Under the pieces are notes generated by a model. That model worked only from the letters and a program-made list of their open reading frames with translations. It did no database searches and was not told the DNA's origin. 64,000 nucleotides of DNA from Octopus bimaculoides (taxonomy: Eukaryota). The stretch is from positions 146,110,520-146,174,519 of the forward strand of contig NC_068984.1 in the NCBI RefSeq assembly GCF_001194135.2. Direction: 5' to 3'. A program made the translations under genes and the position numbers. This document shows positions 24,460-35,995 of this stretch, piece after piece (position 1 is the first letter of the stretch; each line of letters opens with the position of its first letter).

Positions 24460-26446
24460 CATCATCATCATCATCATAGCTTAACGTCCGTGCTGGCATG
24501 GGTTGGACAGTTTGACTGAGGTCTGGAGAGCCAATGGCTGCACCAGGCTCCAATCTGACTTGGCAATGTTTCTACAGCTGGATGCCCTTCCTAACCACTC
24601 TGAGAGTGTAGTGGGTGCTTTTTACATGTCACTGGCACGGGAGCCAGTCAGGAGGTACTGGCATCAGCCACATTCGGATGGTGCTTTTTGCGTGTCACTG
24701 GCATAGGAGCCAGTGAGGGGGTACTGGCATCAGCCATGATCAGACAGTGCTTTTTACGTGGCATTGGCACAAGGGCCAGTCAGGTGGTCCTGGCGTCGAT
24801 CACATTCAGATAGTGCTTTTTACATGCCATCGGCATGGGAGCCAGTCAAGCATTGGCCACGTTCGAATGGTACTTTTTACATGTCACCAGCATGGGAGCC
24901 AGTCAAGTGGTACTGGCCTCAGCCATGTTTGGATGTTGCTCTTTCTGTGCCACTGGCACGGGAGCCAGTCAGGGGGTACTGGCCACTGCTATGATATTGG
25001 TTTTTATTTGACTCAACAGGTCTTCTCAAGCATATCATATCACCCAATGCATCAGGGGTACTCTTAACTGGGTCAGACATGCAAAGCTGCAATCTCACTT
25101 TAGTTGCCATATCTCCAAAGGTCTCGGTCTCCTGTCATTGCCTGTGTGAGGCCCAATGTTCAACAGTCATGCTTTACCACCTCATCTCATGTTTTCCTGG
25201 GTCTACCTCTTCCACAGGTTCCTTCCACAGTTAGGGAGTGGCACTTCCTCACACCACTGTCCTCATCCATACGTAGTACATGACCATATCAGTGCAGTCG
25301 TCTCTCTTGCACATCACATTTGATGCTTCTTATGTTCAACTTTTCTCTCAAGGTACTTACACTCTGTTGTGTATGCACACTGAGATTACACATCAAGTAG
25401 ATCATACTAGCTTCATTTCTTTCAAGCCTACGCATGTCCTCAGCAGTCACAGCCCATATTTCACTGCCGTGTAGCATGGCAGTTCACACACATGCATCAT
25501 ACAGTCTACCTTTCATCCTGAGCAAGAGGTCCTTAGTTGCCAGCTGAGGTAGGACCTCCCTGAACTTTACCCAGGCTATTCTTACTCTAGTCGCTACACT
25601 CTCAGCGCAACCACGCCAACTACAGATTTGGTCACCTAGGTAGCTTTTCCCCTTGGCATGTGATGGAATCAGTTTTCTGTACATCTTCAGTGTTTATTGT
25701 CCCTGTGCATCTGTCACACACAAAAACTATCTTCCCAGTTAACCTTCTTCTGATATTGCTGCACCTTTTATGTGTTCATAGCTTACACCGGGTACATCAC
25801 ATGGCGTTTCTACCCATGCCTTTTCTACAGATTGAGCAGGGCCATCTACCTGAAGTGGGTTGTGATTTGACAGCCTTCCTACTTACTAAGACTTTGGTTT
25901 TTGCTAGGTTAACCCTAAGGCCCTTCGATTCTAGACTTTGCTTCCACACCCTAAACTTCGTCTCCAGTTTTGGCAGTGACTTGGCTATTAGGGTAAGGTC
26001 ATCAGCATAGAGGAGCTCCCAGAGGCAACCTGTCTTGAATTCCCCTGTTATTGCCTGGAGGATTATAATGAATCAGAGGGGGCTGAGGACTGACCCTTGG
26101 TGAATCCCTACTTCTACTTAGAATTCTTCACGATACTCGTTGCCAACCCGCACCTTACTGACAGCATCCCTTTACAGGGCTTGTACAGCTCTTACCAATC
26201 ACTCGTCTATCCCCAGTTTCTGCATTGACCACCAGATAAGGGATTGGGGAACCCTGTCAAAGGCTTTCTCCATGTCAACAAAAGCCAAGTACAGTGGTTT
26301 GTCTTTGGCTACATATTTCTCCTGCAGTTGCCTTACCAGAAATATAGCATCAGTGGTGCTTCTGCCTGGCACAAAACCAAACTGCATCTCATCTAGACTA
26401 ACTCTCTCCCTAATTAGTTGGGCTATTCTATCTAATATTTTCATGT
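24460..26446 (-). mobile_element. 5'-truncated, frameshifted RTE-clade LINE with 3'UTR tandem repeats and (GAT)n tail
   Basis: Minus ORFs 26199-26444 (QFGFVPGRSTTDAIFLVRQLQEK...LAFVDMEKAFDRVP), 25484-25684 and 25289-25477 (MLHGSEIWAV...) are typical RT segments; LLYADDL at about 26000; ends in (cat)n on + at 24460. Confidence 0.88.
24610..24990. repeat. About 57-bp tandem repeat (about 6-7 diverged units) in RTE 3'UTR
   Basis: Unit close to gtgctttttacatgtcactggcacgggagccagtcaggnggtactggcatcagccacattcggatg repeated head-to-tail. Confidence 0.85.
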
Positions 26447-26661
26447 TATTCTTTATAACTTATCTGCTTTAGGCTCCAGCATTTCAAAAGACGTATTTCA
26501 TACACTCATAGCTAACCACCTACACTTTTTTCTGCAAAATTGGGGTAGTTTATCCTGTTCAGGCTATATTATTAGCATTATCCTGCGATTGAGAATTTTA
26601 AAAAATCACTTCTTTAACTTTGTATGTATAATGTTTTATTCTTAGGTGAAATCATTTGGAA

Positions 26662-26741
26662 ATGCCTCATCCAATGCCTTTGAGTAAAGGTGTTTTATCT
26701 CGGAGCAAATTTGAATCACAACTTAAAAGCATTTCAATACA
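26662..26741 (+). CDS. LKAAEAR1: LKAAEAR1-like, probable first coding exon (exon acceptor at 26646)
   Basis: cttag|gtgaaatcatttggaaATG...ATACA|gtatgt; MPHPMPLSKGVLSRSKFESQLKSISI(Q); ends phase 2 as the next exon requires; in-frame TGA just upstream of ATG; no homology support for this part. Confidence 0.6.
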
Positions 26742-27066
26742 GTATGTATTTTGTTATTGTTTATTAAATTTCTTTTTTCTTGTCTTCCTCTGTTACTTTT
26801 CATAACCTTTAAATGTTGTTATTGAAAGGCAAGGTTGGCAGCATTGGACAACTGGATCTGCAGTATTTTGTAATAGTTTTGAGTCCAATTTCTTCTGGGG
26901 TTGGCTTCACCTCCTGTCTTTTTACAGCTGAGGGCCATTTGCAACCTTATACCAATGTAAGAAATCTTCCTTATTAAGAGCAGAGGGTGGTTGGTAACAG
27001 AATCGATAGAGTAATGATCAAATGCCTTGTTGTACTTAGTTACATCTGTTTATGTTCTGAGTTTAA

Positions 27067-27253
27067 CCCTTTCGATACCAATCTGGCTGAAACCACCTCT
27101 GGCTCTGTGGTACAAACGACTTGTTTTCATAAGTTTTGAATTAAAATCTTCCACTAAACCTTAAACTAAGTTATTTTACTAAATGCTTTGTTATATTTAA
27201 AATTCATTGAAAGAAACACAGAGCATCTCAAAATAAATATGGTAACAAAAGGG
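27067..27253. mobile_element. piggyBac-like MITE inserted in a SINE
   Basis: TTAA|ccctttcgatacc...ggtaacaaaaggg|TTAA. Confidence 0.82.
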
Positions 27254-27314
27254 TTAAATCTTGCTGAGGTCAACTTTGCCTTTCATCTTTTTGGGGTCGA
27301 TAAATTAAGTACCA

Positions 27315-27778
27315 CAGTTCTATATTTAAGAGGTGAGGAATTATGTATATTATTTACATTTGACAGATATTTGCCCTCATCTTGTTTGTTGATAACACAT
27401 TTCGGCTGATATACCCTCCAGCCTTCATCAGGTGTCTTGCGGAAATTTCAAACCTGGGTTCTCATTCCTAAGGTATTTTACGATGTTGTTATTATTATTA
27501 TTATTATTCAGGTCACTGCCTGGAATCAAACTTGGAATCTTGGGGTTAGTAGCCTGCACTCTTAACCAATATGCCATATGGCATAGTGGCTAGTAATCCC
27601 AAGATTCCAAGTTCGATTCCAGGCAGTGACCTGAATAATAATAATAGCAAAAAATACCTTAGGAATGAGAACCCAGGTTCGAAATTTCCCCAAGACACCT
27701 GATGAAGGCTGGAGGATATATCAGCCGAAACATTGTGTTAACAACAAACAAGATGAGAACAAATATCTGTCAAATGTT
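27315..27778. mobile_element. Head-to-head pair of tRNA-headed elements with hammerhead-like 3' motif
   Basis: Inverted arms about 27352-27575 / 27578-27780; A/B-box-like heads at the centre; CTGATGA...GAAA motif in each arm; flanking duplication aattaagtacca. Confidence 0.8.
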
Positions 27779-28714
27779 AATTAAGTACCAGTTATGCACT
27801 GGGGATGAATGAAATCGACTTGTCTCCTCCCCCAAATTTCAGGCCTTGTGCCTATAGTAGAAAGGATTATTATTGTTATATTTCTGTCCTGAGTTCAAAC
27901 TCTGCTGATGTCAACTTTGCTTTTCACAGTCAATACAATAAATTCTAACTGAATGCTTCCAAATTTCTATGATTAGAAAGAATTATTCATCATCTTCATT
28001 TAACGTCCATTTGCTATGCTGGCATGAATTGGAGAGCCACAGCCACAGTGCAATCTGCCTTTCACTCTGACAGAGAAGCCTTTTGTTACCAGCAGACAAA
28101 ACAGTTCTCTCGACTATCTCCATCTTGTTATTTACTTCAGTCGTTGTGTATCTTGGACTACATTGTCTAATGTGCGTGTTAGAAAAGGCATCCAGCCATA
28201 GAAAGCAGCCACTGGATCCCGATGAAGTCCTTGGACCCACTGGGTCCTGTGAAGTCATCCAATCCACGGCAGCATGGAACATGGATATTAAATAATGATG
28301 AGGTTTCTGTTTCTAGGGCAGTAGGGTAGTATGATTTGAGGGATATTTGGCTGTTGTTTGTAGCATTATCATCATTTAACGTCCATCGTCCATGGTGGCT
28401 TGGGTTGGTTTGACCAGAGCTAGGAAGCTGGAGAGCTGCACCAGGTTCCAGTCTGATTTGACATGGTCTCTACGGTTGGATGCCCTTCCTAATGCCAACC
28501 ACTTTACAGAGCATGTTGGGTGTTTTTATGTGGCACCACACGGGTGCCTTTATGTGGTACCACCACGAGTGCTTTACACCACCCGAGGGATTGGTTTTAA
28601 CACTTCTGCTGCAGAGTCCCCTGTTGCTTAGTTAAGAGGTCATCAGTCTCATTATCTAATGACATACGTTGGTTGTTGAATTTAGTTGAAATCTGAAATA
28701 TTTGTATTTTATAG

Positions 28715-28783
28715 ACGGGCAGAAGATGAGGAAAAAATCAGAAAAGAACGAATGAAGACAGAGAAATTAATTGGCCAGCTGAA
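28715..28783 (+). CDS. LKAAEAR1: LKAAEAR1-like exon
   Basis: ttttatag|A...CTGAA|gtatgt; RAEDEEKIRKERMKTEKLIGQL(K); phase 2->2. Confidence 0.85.
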
Positions 28784-29653
28784 GTATGTGCTCATTATTA
28801 TTCTTTCATTACCATCTTTTATCTTCCGTCGTCATCATTGTCTCTTGTGTATTTGCTTGTTCCATGTTAGCAGGAGTTGCTTGACGCTTGTTACAATTCA
28901 TTCTATGGGTGGGTCTCCTTCCTGTCACCATACTTTGTGTCCAACTAAAATACTTAAAATTGCAAGTATAAACACTGCTGAAACACAAACAAGAAGATAC
29001 AAATGCACACACACACACACACACACACAATCACATCATTGGCCAGACTATGAAATGTTACACATCACTGGTCACAATGCGCTTTGCATCGTTTTTTTAG
29101 CTTTCGACTGATGCTACCTCCTTGGCTCGGTGAGCAGAGTCCAAACTTCCCCCGATCGAAAGTTCATTGCCAGGCTACCTGTTTACAGCTGAGTGGACTG
29201 GAACAAATTGAAATGAAGTATCTTGCTCAAGGACACAACATGCAACCCAGTCAGGGAATCAAAACAGTGATCTCCCAACTGAGTGCACCTAACCCCTGGG
29301 CTACACACTTTCACCCATTTATAGATATGCCACCACTAAACACAATTTCTCTCTCTGAATTGCTCCATAAAACAGGTTTGAAAAATCTATTATTAGTCGA
29401 AGCATTTACACATATGAAAATTTCTTCCAAAAGGTTCATGCCATTCTGTTTTTTTAAGATTTTCTTTTCATATAATTAATTCAAATATTGTGATTCAATC
29501 AGGGATTTTGAAAAAAAAATTCTTTTGCTTGCCAACCACATGGTTCCGGGTTTAGTCCCACTGCATGGCATCTTGGGCATTTGTCTTCTACTATAGCCTC
29601 GGGCCGACCAAAGCCTTGTGAATGGATTTGGTAGACAGAAACTGAAAGAAGCC

Positions 29654-29686
<33 letters not shown>

Positions 29687-29880
29687 ATGTATTGTCCTTG
29701 CCTTCGAAAGTAGATGGAACAGGGACAATTGACGAAGGGATATACTCTTTATGTTGCATGTCTCGTTTCTCTGTTGTTTTTTTTCGTTGTTCGAAAAAAG
29801 TTCGTTTTCTGTTTTCGTTTCTCATTGTGTTTAACATTTTTTTTTTGATATCCTGTACCCATATATGCTTGTATATATGC

Positions 29881-30088
29881 ATATATGTATGGATATATGC
29901 ATCGTCATCGTTTAACGTCCGCTTTCCATGCTAGCATGGGTTGGACGATTTGACTGAGGACTGGTGAAACCGGATGGCTACACCAGGCTTCACCAGTCCT
30001 CAGTCAAATCGTCCAACACATGCTAGCATGGAAAGCGGACATTAAACGAAGATGATGATAATGATGATGCATATATCCATACATATAT
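29881..30088. repeat. Near-perfect inverted duplication (hairpin) of an RTE-tail repeat plus flank
   Basis: atatatgtatggatatatgcatc...tgaggactggtgaa / ttcaccagtcctca...gatgcatatatccatacatatat with about 20-nt spacer. Confidence 0.9.
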
Positions 30089-31953
30089 GTACATACCTAC
30101 ATCTATATGTATACATACATGCATATATGGGTTATTATTATTATATATATATATATATATATATATAGGTATGTTTGTGTATCTGTGTTTGTCCACCCAA
30201 CATCACTTGACAACTGATGCTGGTGTGTTTATGTCCCCGAAACTTAGTGGTTCAGCAAAATAGACCAATAGAATAAGTACTAGGCTTACAAAGAATAAGT
30301 CCTGGGGTCAATTTGCTCAACGAAAGGCGGTGCTCCAGCATGGCCGCAGTCAAATGACTGAAACAAGTAAAAGAAAAAGGAACATATGGTGGACTTGCCT
30401 GACATAAATGAGAGACGAGCTGAACAATTAGCAAAAAAAATGATTTGTTTATAATGATCAGATGTTTTAGCTGTACATTAGCTCACTGCTTGTCAAATCA
30501 ATGATTACCTGTACAGATGCCCGGTGTCCCATGCGTCAGGTATCAAAGTGGTTATAGAACAATGTGAGATTGTGTTTTATTCAACGACACAATGCACCAC
30601 CTGCTCTGGGAATTGAAACCATGATCTTGTGACTATGAATGCCCCACCCTGACCACTAGACCATAACTTCTCAAAATATGTATGTGATGGACTCCCTTAT
30701 AGTTTCTCTGGCTCCCATTTTCACTTGCAAGCTATCAGTCAACTGGAGGCTTTCGTAGAAGACACTTGTTCATAAGCCATACAATGAAAACGTACCTGAA
30801 AGTGACTTTATATACAGTATTTATCCATTCTGCTCTTGTTTACAGGATATTGTAGTTGTATTTGGGCATTTAACTGACAGGCTGATGGTTTAAATCTGTC
30901 TATCAAGTCAAAACACACTCTGCTCTGTCCACAACACAAACTGTTTCACTCTCACCGACTCAGTCGTCATTCTAAGCAGTCTGGCAGTGTTCGACTGCAT
31001 TGTTTGTAGTGTTTATGTTGGTGAAGCACATTCTTCTTCTCAATCTAGACACAAACCCCTCATGAATAACTTGCCTATAAGGTCATCACCATCATCATCG
31101 TTTAATATCCGTTTTCCATGCTGGCATGGGTTGAACGGTTCAATTGGGGTCTGGGAAGCCAGGAGGCTGCACCAGGCTCCAGTGTGATCTGGCAGTGTTT
31201 CTACAGCTGGATGGCCTTCCTAATGCCAACCACTCCAAGAGTGTAGTGGGTGCTTTTTAAGTCCCACCGGCACAGGGGCCAGAGGAGGCTGGCAACGACC
31301 ATGATCAGATGGCACATTTTATATGCCACCGGCACAGAAGCCAGTCAAGGTGGCGCTGGCATCAGCCACGTTCGGATGGTGCTTTTTGTGCCACTAGCAT
31401 GGGGATCACAACTGCAATTTCCACTTGATTTTCATGTGCTTGACTCAACAATATGGTGTCTATTCCTACAGATGGGGGATGTAAGGATTTGCTCCTATTC
31501 AATGTAAAAGTCTATTTAGGTCAGATCATCATCATTTAATATCCATTGTCCATGCTGGTATTTCTCCACAGTGTAGTGAAGAAGTTGTGGCATTGGCTTT
31601 AAATGTTTCTAAGATATTGTTTACTTGTTTCAGTCATTGGACTGCAGCCATGCTAAGGAACTTCCTCAAAGGGTTTAAGTCATAATAATTGATCCCAGTT
31701 TTTGTGACTTAAAGTCCGGTACTTATTCTATCAGACTCTTTTGCTGAACTGCTAAGTTACAAGGATGTAAACAAACCATCACCAGCTCTCAAGTAGTGAT
31801 GGTGATGTAAACACAAAGACACACAGATACGCAGTGTCAGGGGCCCTGCAAAGGGCCAAAGGCACAGCCTTTTTACCTGGGTAAAAAAAAAAAGAATAAA
31901 TTATGAAATTTCTTGTTTCCTTAACATTGTTTCTTTACCATTTTCTCTTGTAG

Positions 31954-32011
31954 AGCAGCTGAAGCTAGAGGTCGACTACGTGTAATGCGGATTAGTTTCC
32001 AATCAGCGAAG
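31954..32011 (+). CDS. LKAAEAR1: LKAAEAR1-like exon completing the LKAAEAR motif
   Basis: ctcttgtag|A...AAG|gtaatt; (K)AAEARGRLRVMRISFQSAK; splicing yields QLKAAEARGRLR; phase 2->0. Confidence 0.9.
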
Positions 32012-32989
32012 GTAATTAAATTAATCATCATTAAGTAATCTTCGGTTTGACATGTTCCCCTTGAAGCTATAAAAATCAGATGAATAAGATTCCCCACCCC
32101 CCAATTACAAACTAGTAGTTATTTCATGTTGATTCTGTAATGCTGGTTCACATTTGGCCAAGTTGCTATGGCATCAGACTTGTAGGGTTGCCTATTGAGA
32201 ATTATTTCTATAAATCTATGAATTAATCTTCACTCTCCAGGTCAGCTATTTTAGGATTGTATTACAAAATACAGAAAAGCCATAAGAGATGTTATTTCAG
32301 AATAAATACCTCAGTAACTTGCTAATCAACAATATGTACAGCCTTCTCAGTAGGATACATAGATGGCTATTTTAGTCTAACACTGTATCAGAGGAAAGGA
32401 ATTATCATCCATGAATGTGGCTGTCTGTGAGTCTGCTTCATTGAAAGGAACTAAACTACATCTGGCAATCTTCTTACTGGCTGCAACAAATCTTTGTTTC
32501 CCTCAGATATTTATTGTGTTTTTAACACAGTAGCTGGCCTGTCAATGGTGTATATACATTTAGTATGATACATAGATGGCTTTTTATAGTCAAAATTGTT
32601 TGTAGTTATTGAAATTTATTTAACACACAACCTTGAAATTAAATGGTAATATTTTGAACTGAACATTATTTCATTTCTATTTTATTATATTTAAAAAAAT
32701 GCAGAATATCAGAATTACAAACTACACCAACCCAAGAGTACTAACAAGTACATTATAGAATGTACTTCAGATAATGTGATAAAAAAAAATGTAAACATGA
32801 AATATAGCCCCACTGCATGTACCTTAATTATGTCAACTCTGTAACAAGGCCTTATTTACAACTTGAGGCAGGTCCGCAGAACAGTCAATGGTTCTTGTTT
32901 CAAGAATTTCCTGGTATATTTTGAGTATCTTAAGTTCCACTAAATTTTAAGTTTGCTAGAGACTCCATTTTAAACATCTTGTGTACTTG

Positions 32990-33140
32990 TTACTCTTTTA
33001 CTTGTTTCAGTCATTTGACTGCGGCCATGCTGGAGCACCGCCTTTAGTCAAACAAATCGACACCAGGACTTATTCTTTGTAAGCCTAGTACTTATTCTAT
33101 CGGTCTCTTTTGCCAAACCGCTAAGTTACGGGGACGTTAT
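32990..33140. mobile_element. SINE-like repeat (cttgtttcagtcatttgactgcggccatgctgg family; representative)
   Basis: Near-identical segments near 30170-30380 (inverted), 31620, 42900-43090 (inverted), 51345, 56680, 59800. Confidence 0.75.
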
Positions 33141-33890
33141 TGTTTGTTCTGCTTATTCAGCTCTGAATTCTTCTTGGCTTTTCAGTTGATATATTAACAC
33201 GATAATGGAAGTAGATGGTATTCAGCTTTTTTAAGCTCTCTGCCGCTAACTGGTTTGTTAGTTGTTACTTTACCTGTCTTCAGGTTTATATCCTAATGTT
33301 GAGGGGAGGGTGTTTTTTTTAACCTTTTCCTGCCTGGTAAATTAGCTTCTGACCTCACTAGTGCCAGTGGCATAAGAAAAAGCACCCAGTCCACGCTGTA
33401 AAGTGGCTGTTGTTGGGGAGAGCATCCTCCAGCCATGGCAACCATGCCACAGCTCTTACATCGGAGCCTGATGCAACCCTGAGGATCGCTGGATCCTGAC
33501 AAACCATTTAAAGAAGCCAGCATGGATTGGATGGTTTGACATTAAATGATGATGTAAGAGTTGTAAAGAATCTTGAAGTGTCTTTTACCAAATGCAAAAA
33601 ACATTATCTGATAATAGAATACGAGTCTACAGTTGGAGTGGACGGATCCATTTATTACATCAGAAGTTGCCAGTCTACTTTGTACTTTACTTTAGGCTGG
33701 ATTGTTTCTGACAGTCACGAACAGTCCAGCCAGGGTTAAAAACTCTCAATTCCGTACACTCTCAATCTTTGTTATAATAAACCGGGGTGTGTGTGTGTCC
33801 AACAAGTGAGAGAAAAGAAGAGGGGGGAGGGGGTAGTTATAGAGTGGAAATTCTTTTACTAAGAGAATTCCGTTTTCTTTTTCTTTATAG

Positions 33891-34013
33891 ACAAATGAAA
33901 TTAATCACCTCATTGCTTGTCAAAAAAGTGCCCTGAAAGCGGTCAGGCTGCAAGCCCTGGTACCTCCAAAGAAAACCAAAGAAAACATGAAAGATCTTTT
34001 GAGCAAAGTCGAT
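33891..34013 (+). CDS. LKAAEAR1: LKAAEAR1-like exon
   Basis: tctttatag|ACA...GAT|gtaaga; TNEINHLIACQKSALKAVRLQALVPPKKTKENMKDLLSKVD resembles recalled family segment EIxxLIxxQxSAxxAxRLxxxxPP; phase 0->0. Confidence 0.9.
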
Positions 34014-35518
34014 GTAAGAATTTTGTTTTTTTGTTTCATTTTCTTTCTTCCTAATATTTTAACATTGCCGTTGCATGGCTTTGCTTGAGTGAAACCCCTC
34101 AGGTATTTGCATTTCTTGTTCCCATGGTGACCATTTGCTCCGTGCCTTGCAAAACAGATGAAGGCTAGCAACAAAAAGGAGTATCCAAATATCAAATACT
34201 ACCTCCTCAGTTAAGTCCTTATCTAACCCATGCTAGCATTGGAAAAATGGATATTAAACATAAATAGGCTTGCACAGTTATCAGCTGAAGGTTTGCTTCC
34301 TCATATTCCAATACTAAAGTTAAGCAATGTCTCTCTTTTAATGGCCTTTGACCCTCAAATTTTAAATCATCTCAAACCATCACCATCCTTTAACATCTGT
34401 CCATGCTGGCATGGGTTGGACAGCTTGACCAGAGCTAGCAAGCTACACCAAATTCCAGTCTGATTTGGCATGGTTTCTCCAGCTGTTTGCCCTTCTTAAC
34501 GCCAACCACTTAACAGTGTTTGCTGGGTGCTTTTACAATGGCACTTTTATGGCTGCTTTACACCACCAGAAGGATCAATCTTAACACTTCTGCTGCAGGG
34601 TACAAGTTTTATTGAGCACGGCCAGGCAGCAGGGAAATAATAATCTATAAATTCATGTTTGACAACAATGAAATTTAGAATTTTGATAGATACAAGATCT
34701 ATTTTTCAAAACTTTGACCATTTTTAATCTAATCTCCTTGACTGGACAAAATGCTTTGCAATATTTGTTGTGACGCTCTGATCTGAGGACCAATTCCACA
34801 GAAGTAAACTTTATCTTTCATCCTTTTTGAGGTTAACAAAAAAAAAAGGTGCCGGTCCAAGGTGATGTATTGGGACAGATGTCTGTGACGTCACTGGTAC
34901 CAAAGTGGAATAAATGCCAGAGGGCTGGGAGAAACTTGCATGCATGAACAACTGCTATCATCATCATCGTTTAATGTCCATTTTTCTATGCATGGTATTC
35001 GGTGACGCAAAATCCCAGTGACCAGATACCATTCTGGTTGCCAATCATCACCTTTTGTTATTCAAGGTAAATATGGCCCCACCGTCTTGGGACAGGTTTT
35101 CCATGGAAGAAAACAAACAAACGACATTGCTTGTATGACAGTGATGCTCTTTCACAACTATCGTAAGACAAGGGTTTCTACATATGTCTGCATACATGTT
35201 TGTCTGTACATGTATATATATACATGACAAGCATTACACAAGGTTTTGCTCTTCTTAAAAATAAACTTGCTCAAGCCTCTTTCATATACAAATCCATGGT
35301 TAACATTGACTTATGGAAGAAGCCTATCACAAATCAATAACTTCTCTCAATTTCCACAAATTGTTTCTCTTCCTTATAATCCATTAACATGTTTTCTAAA
35401 AATTCTAACTCTTAACAATTTTTTTTAGAACTTGTCACAGTTCTTGATAAACTTGTTCCAGCAAGCAGCTCATGTTGTGCTGTGAATAAACTGACTAAAA
35501 ATTCTTTTTGTTTTGCAG

Positions 35519-35581
35519 AGAGACAGAGTTGAACTTTTACTAAATGATTATGAAGGTTTGCTAACCAATCGCACAATCTAA
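35519..35581 (+). CDS. LKAAEAR1: LKAAEAR1-like terminal coding exon
   Basis: ttttgcag|AGA...ATC TAA; RDRVELLLNDYEGLLTNRTI*. Confidence 0.88.
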   Translation, partial: RDRVELLLNDYEGLLTNRTI

Positions 35582-35684
35582 CGGGGGAGAACCAAACAAA
35601 GCTAAGCCATATTTTAAACATCCAGTACCAATTAAAAATAACAACATAAAAATATATATAAATGTGATTTTTTTTTTAGTTAGT

Positions 35685-35995
35685 TACGGAGATGTACTTG
35701 CATAGCAAGTGACCTGATCTGAGATCATGTGCTGGAATGAAAACAATTGCAGCATGGAAAGTGTTTATAAGCCATTTAAGAAACACACAAAAACCGTTAG
35801 AATTTAATTGTTGAAGTGAATCTATTTGATGACGAAAATATTTTCATCACTTTGAGACCGCAGCCTGTTCACTGACCAGCATGGAATTTTGTCAGTGAAC
35901 AGATCGCGGTCTCAAAGTGACGAAAATATTTTGGCAAACTAAATTTAAATTTTAACGGTTTTTGTGTATTTTTAAATGGCTTCCACTCTGCAATT
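35685..35995 (+). repeat. Second copy of the foldback repeat, about 100 bp after the LKAAEAR1 stop
   Basis: Same head and inverted arms as 15550-15895, with internal deletions. Confidence 0.8.

Noticed and set aside
24610-24990. CRISPR-like regularly spaced repeats
   Set aside because: Head-to-tail diverged units without unique spacers, inside a LINE 3'UTR in a eukaryote; no cas genes
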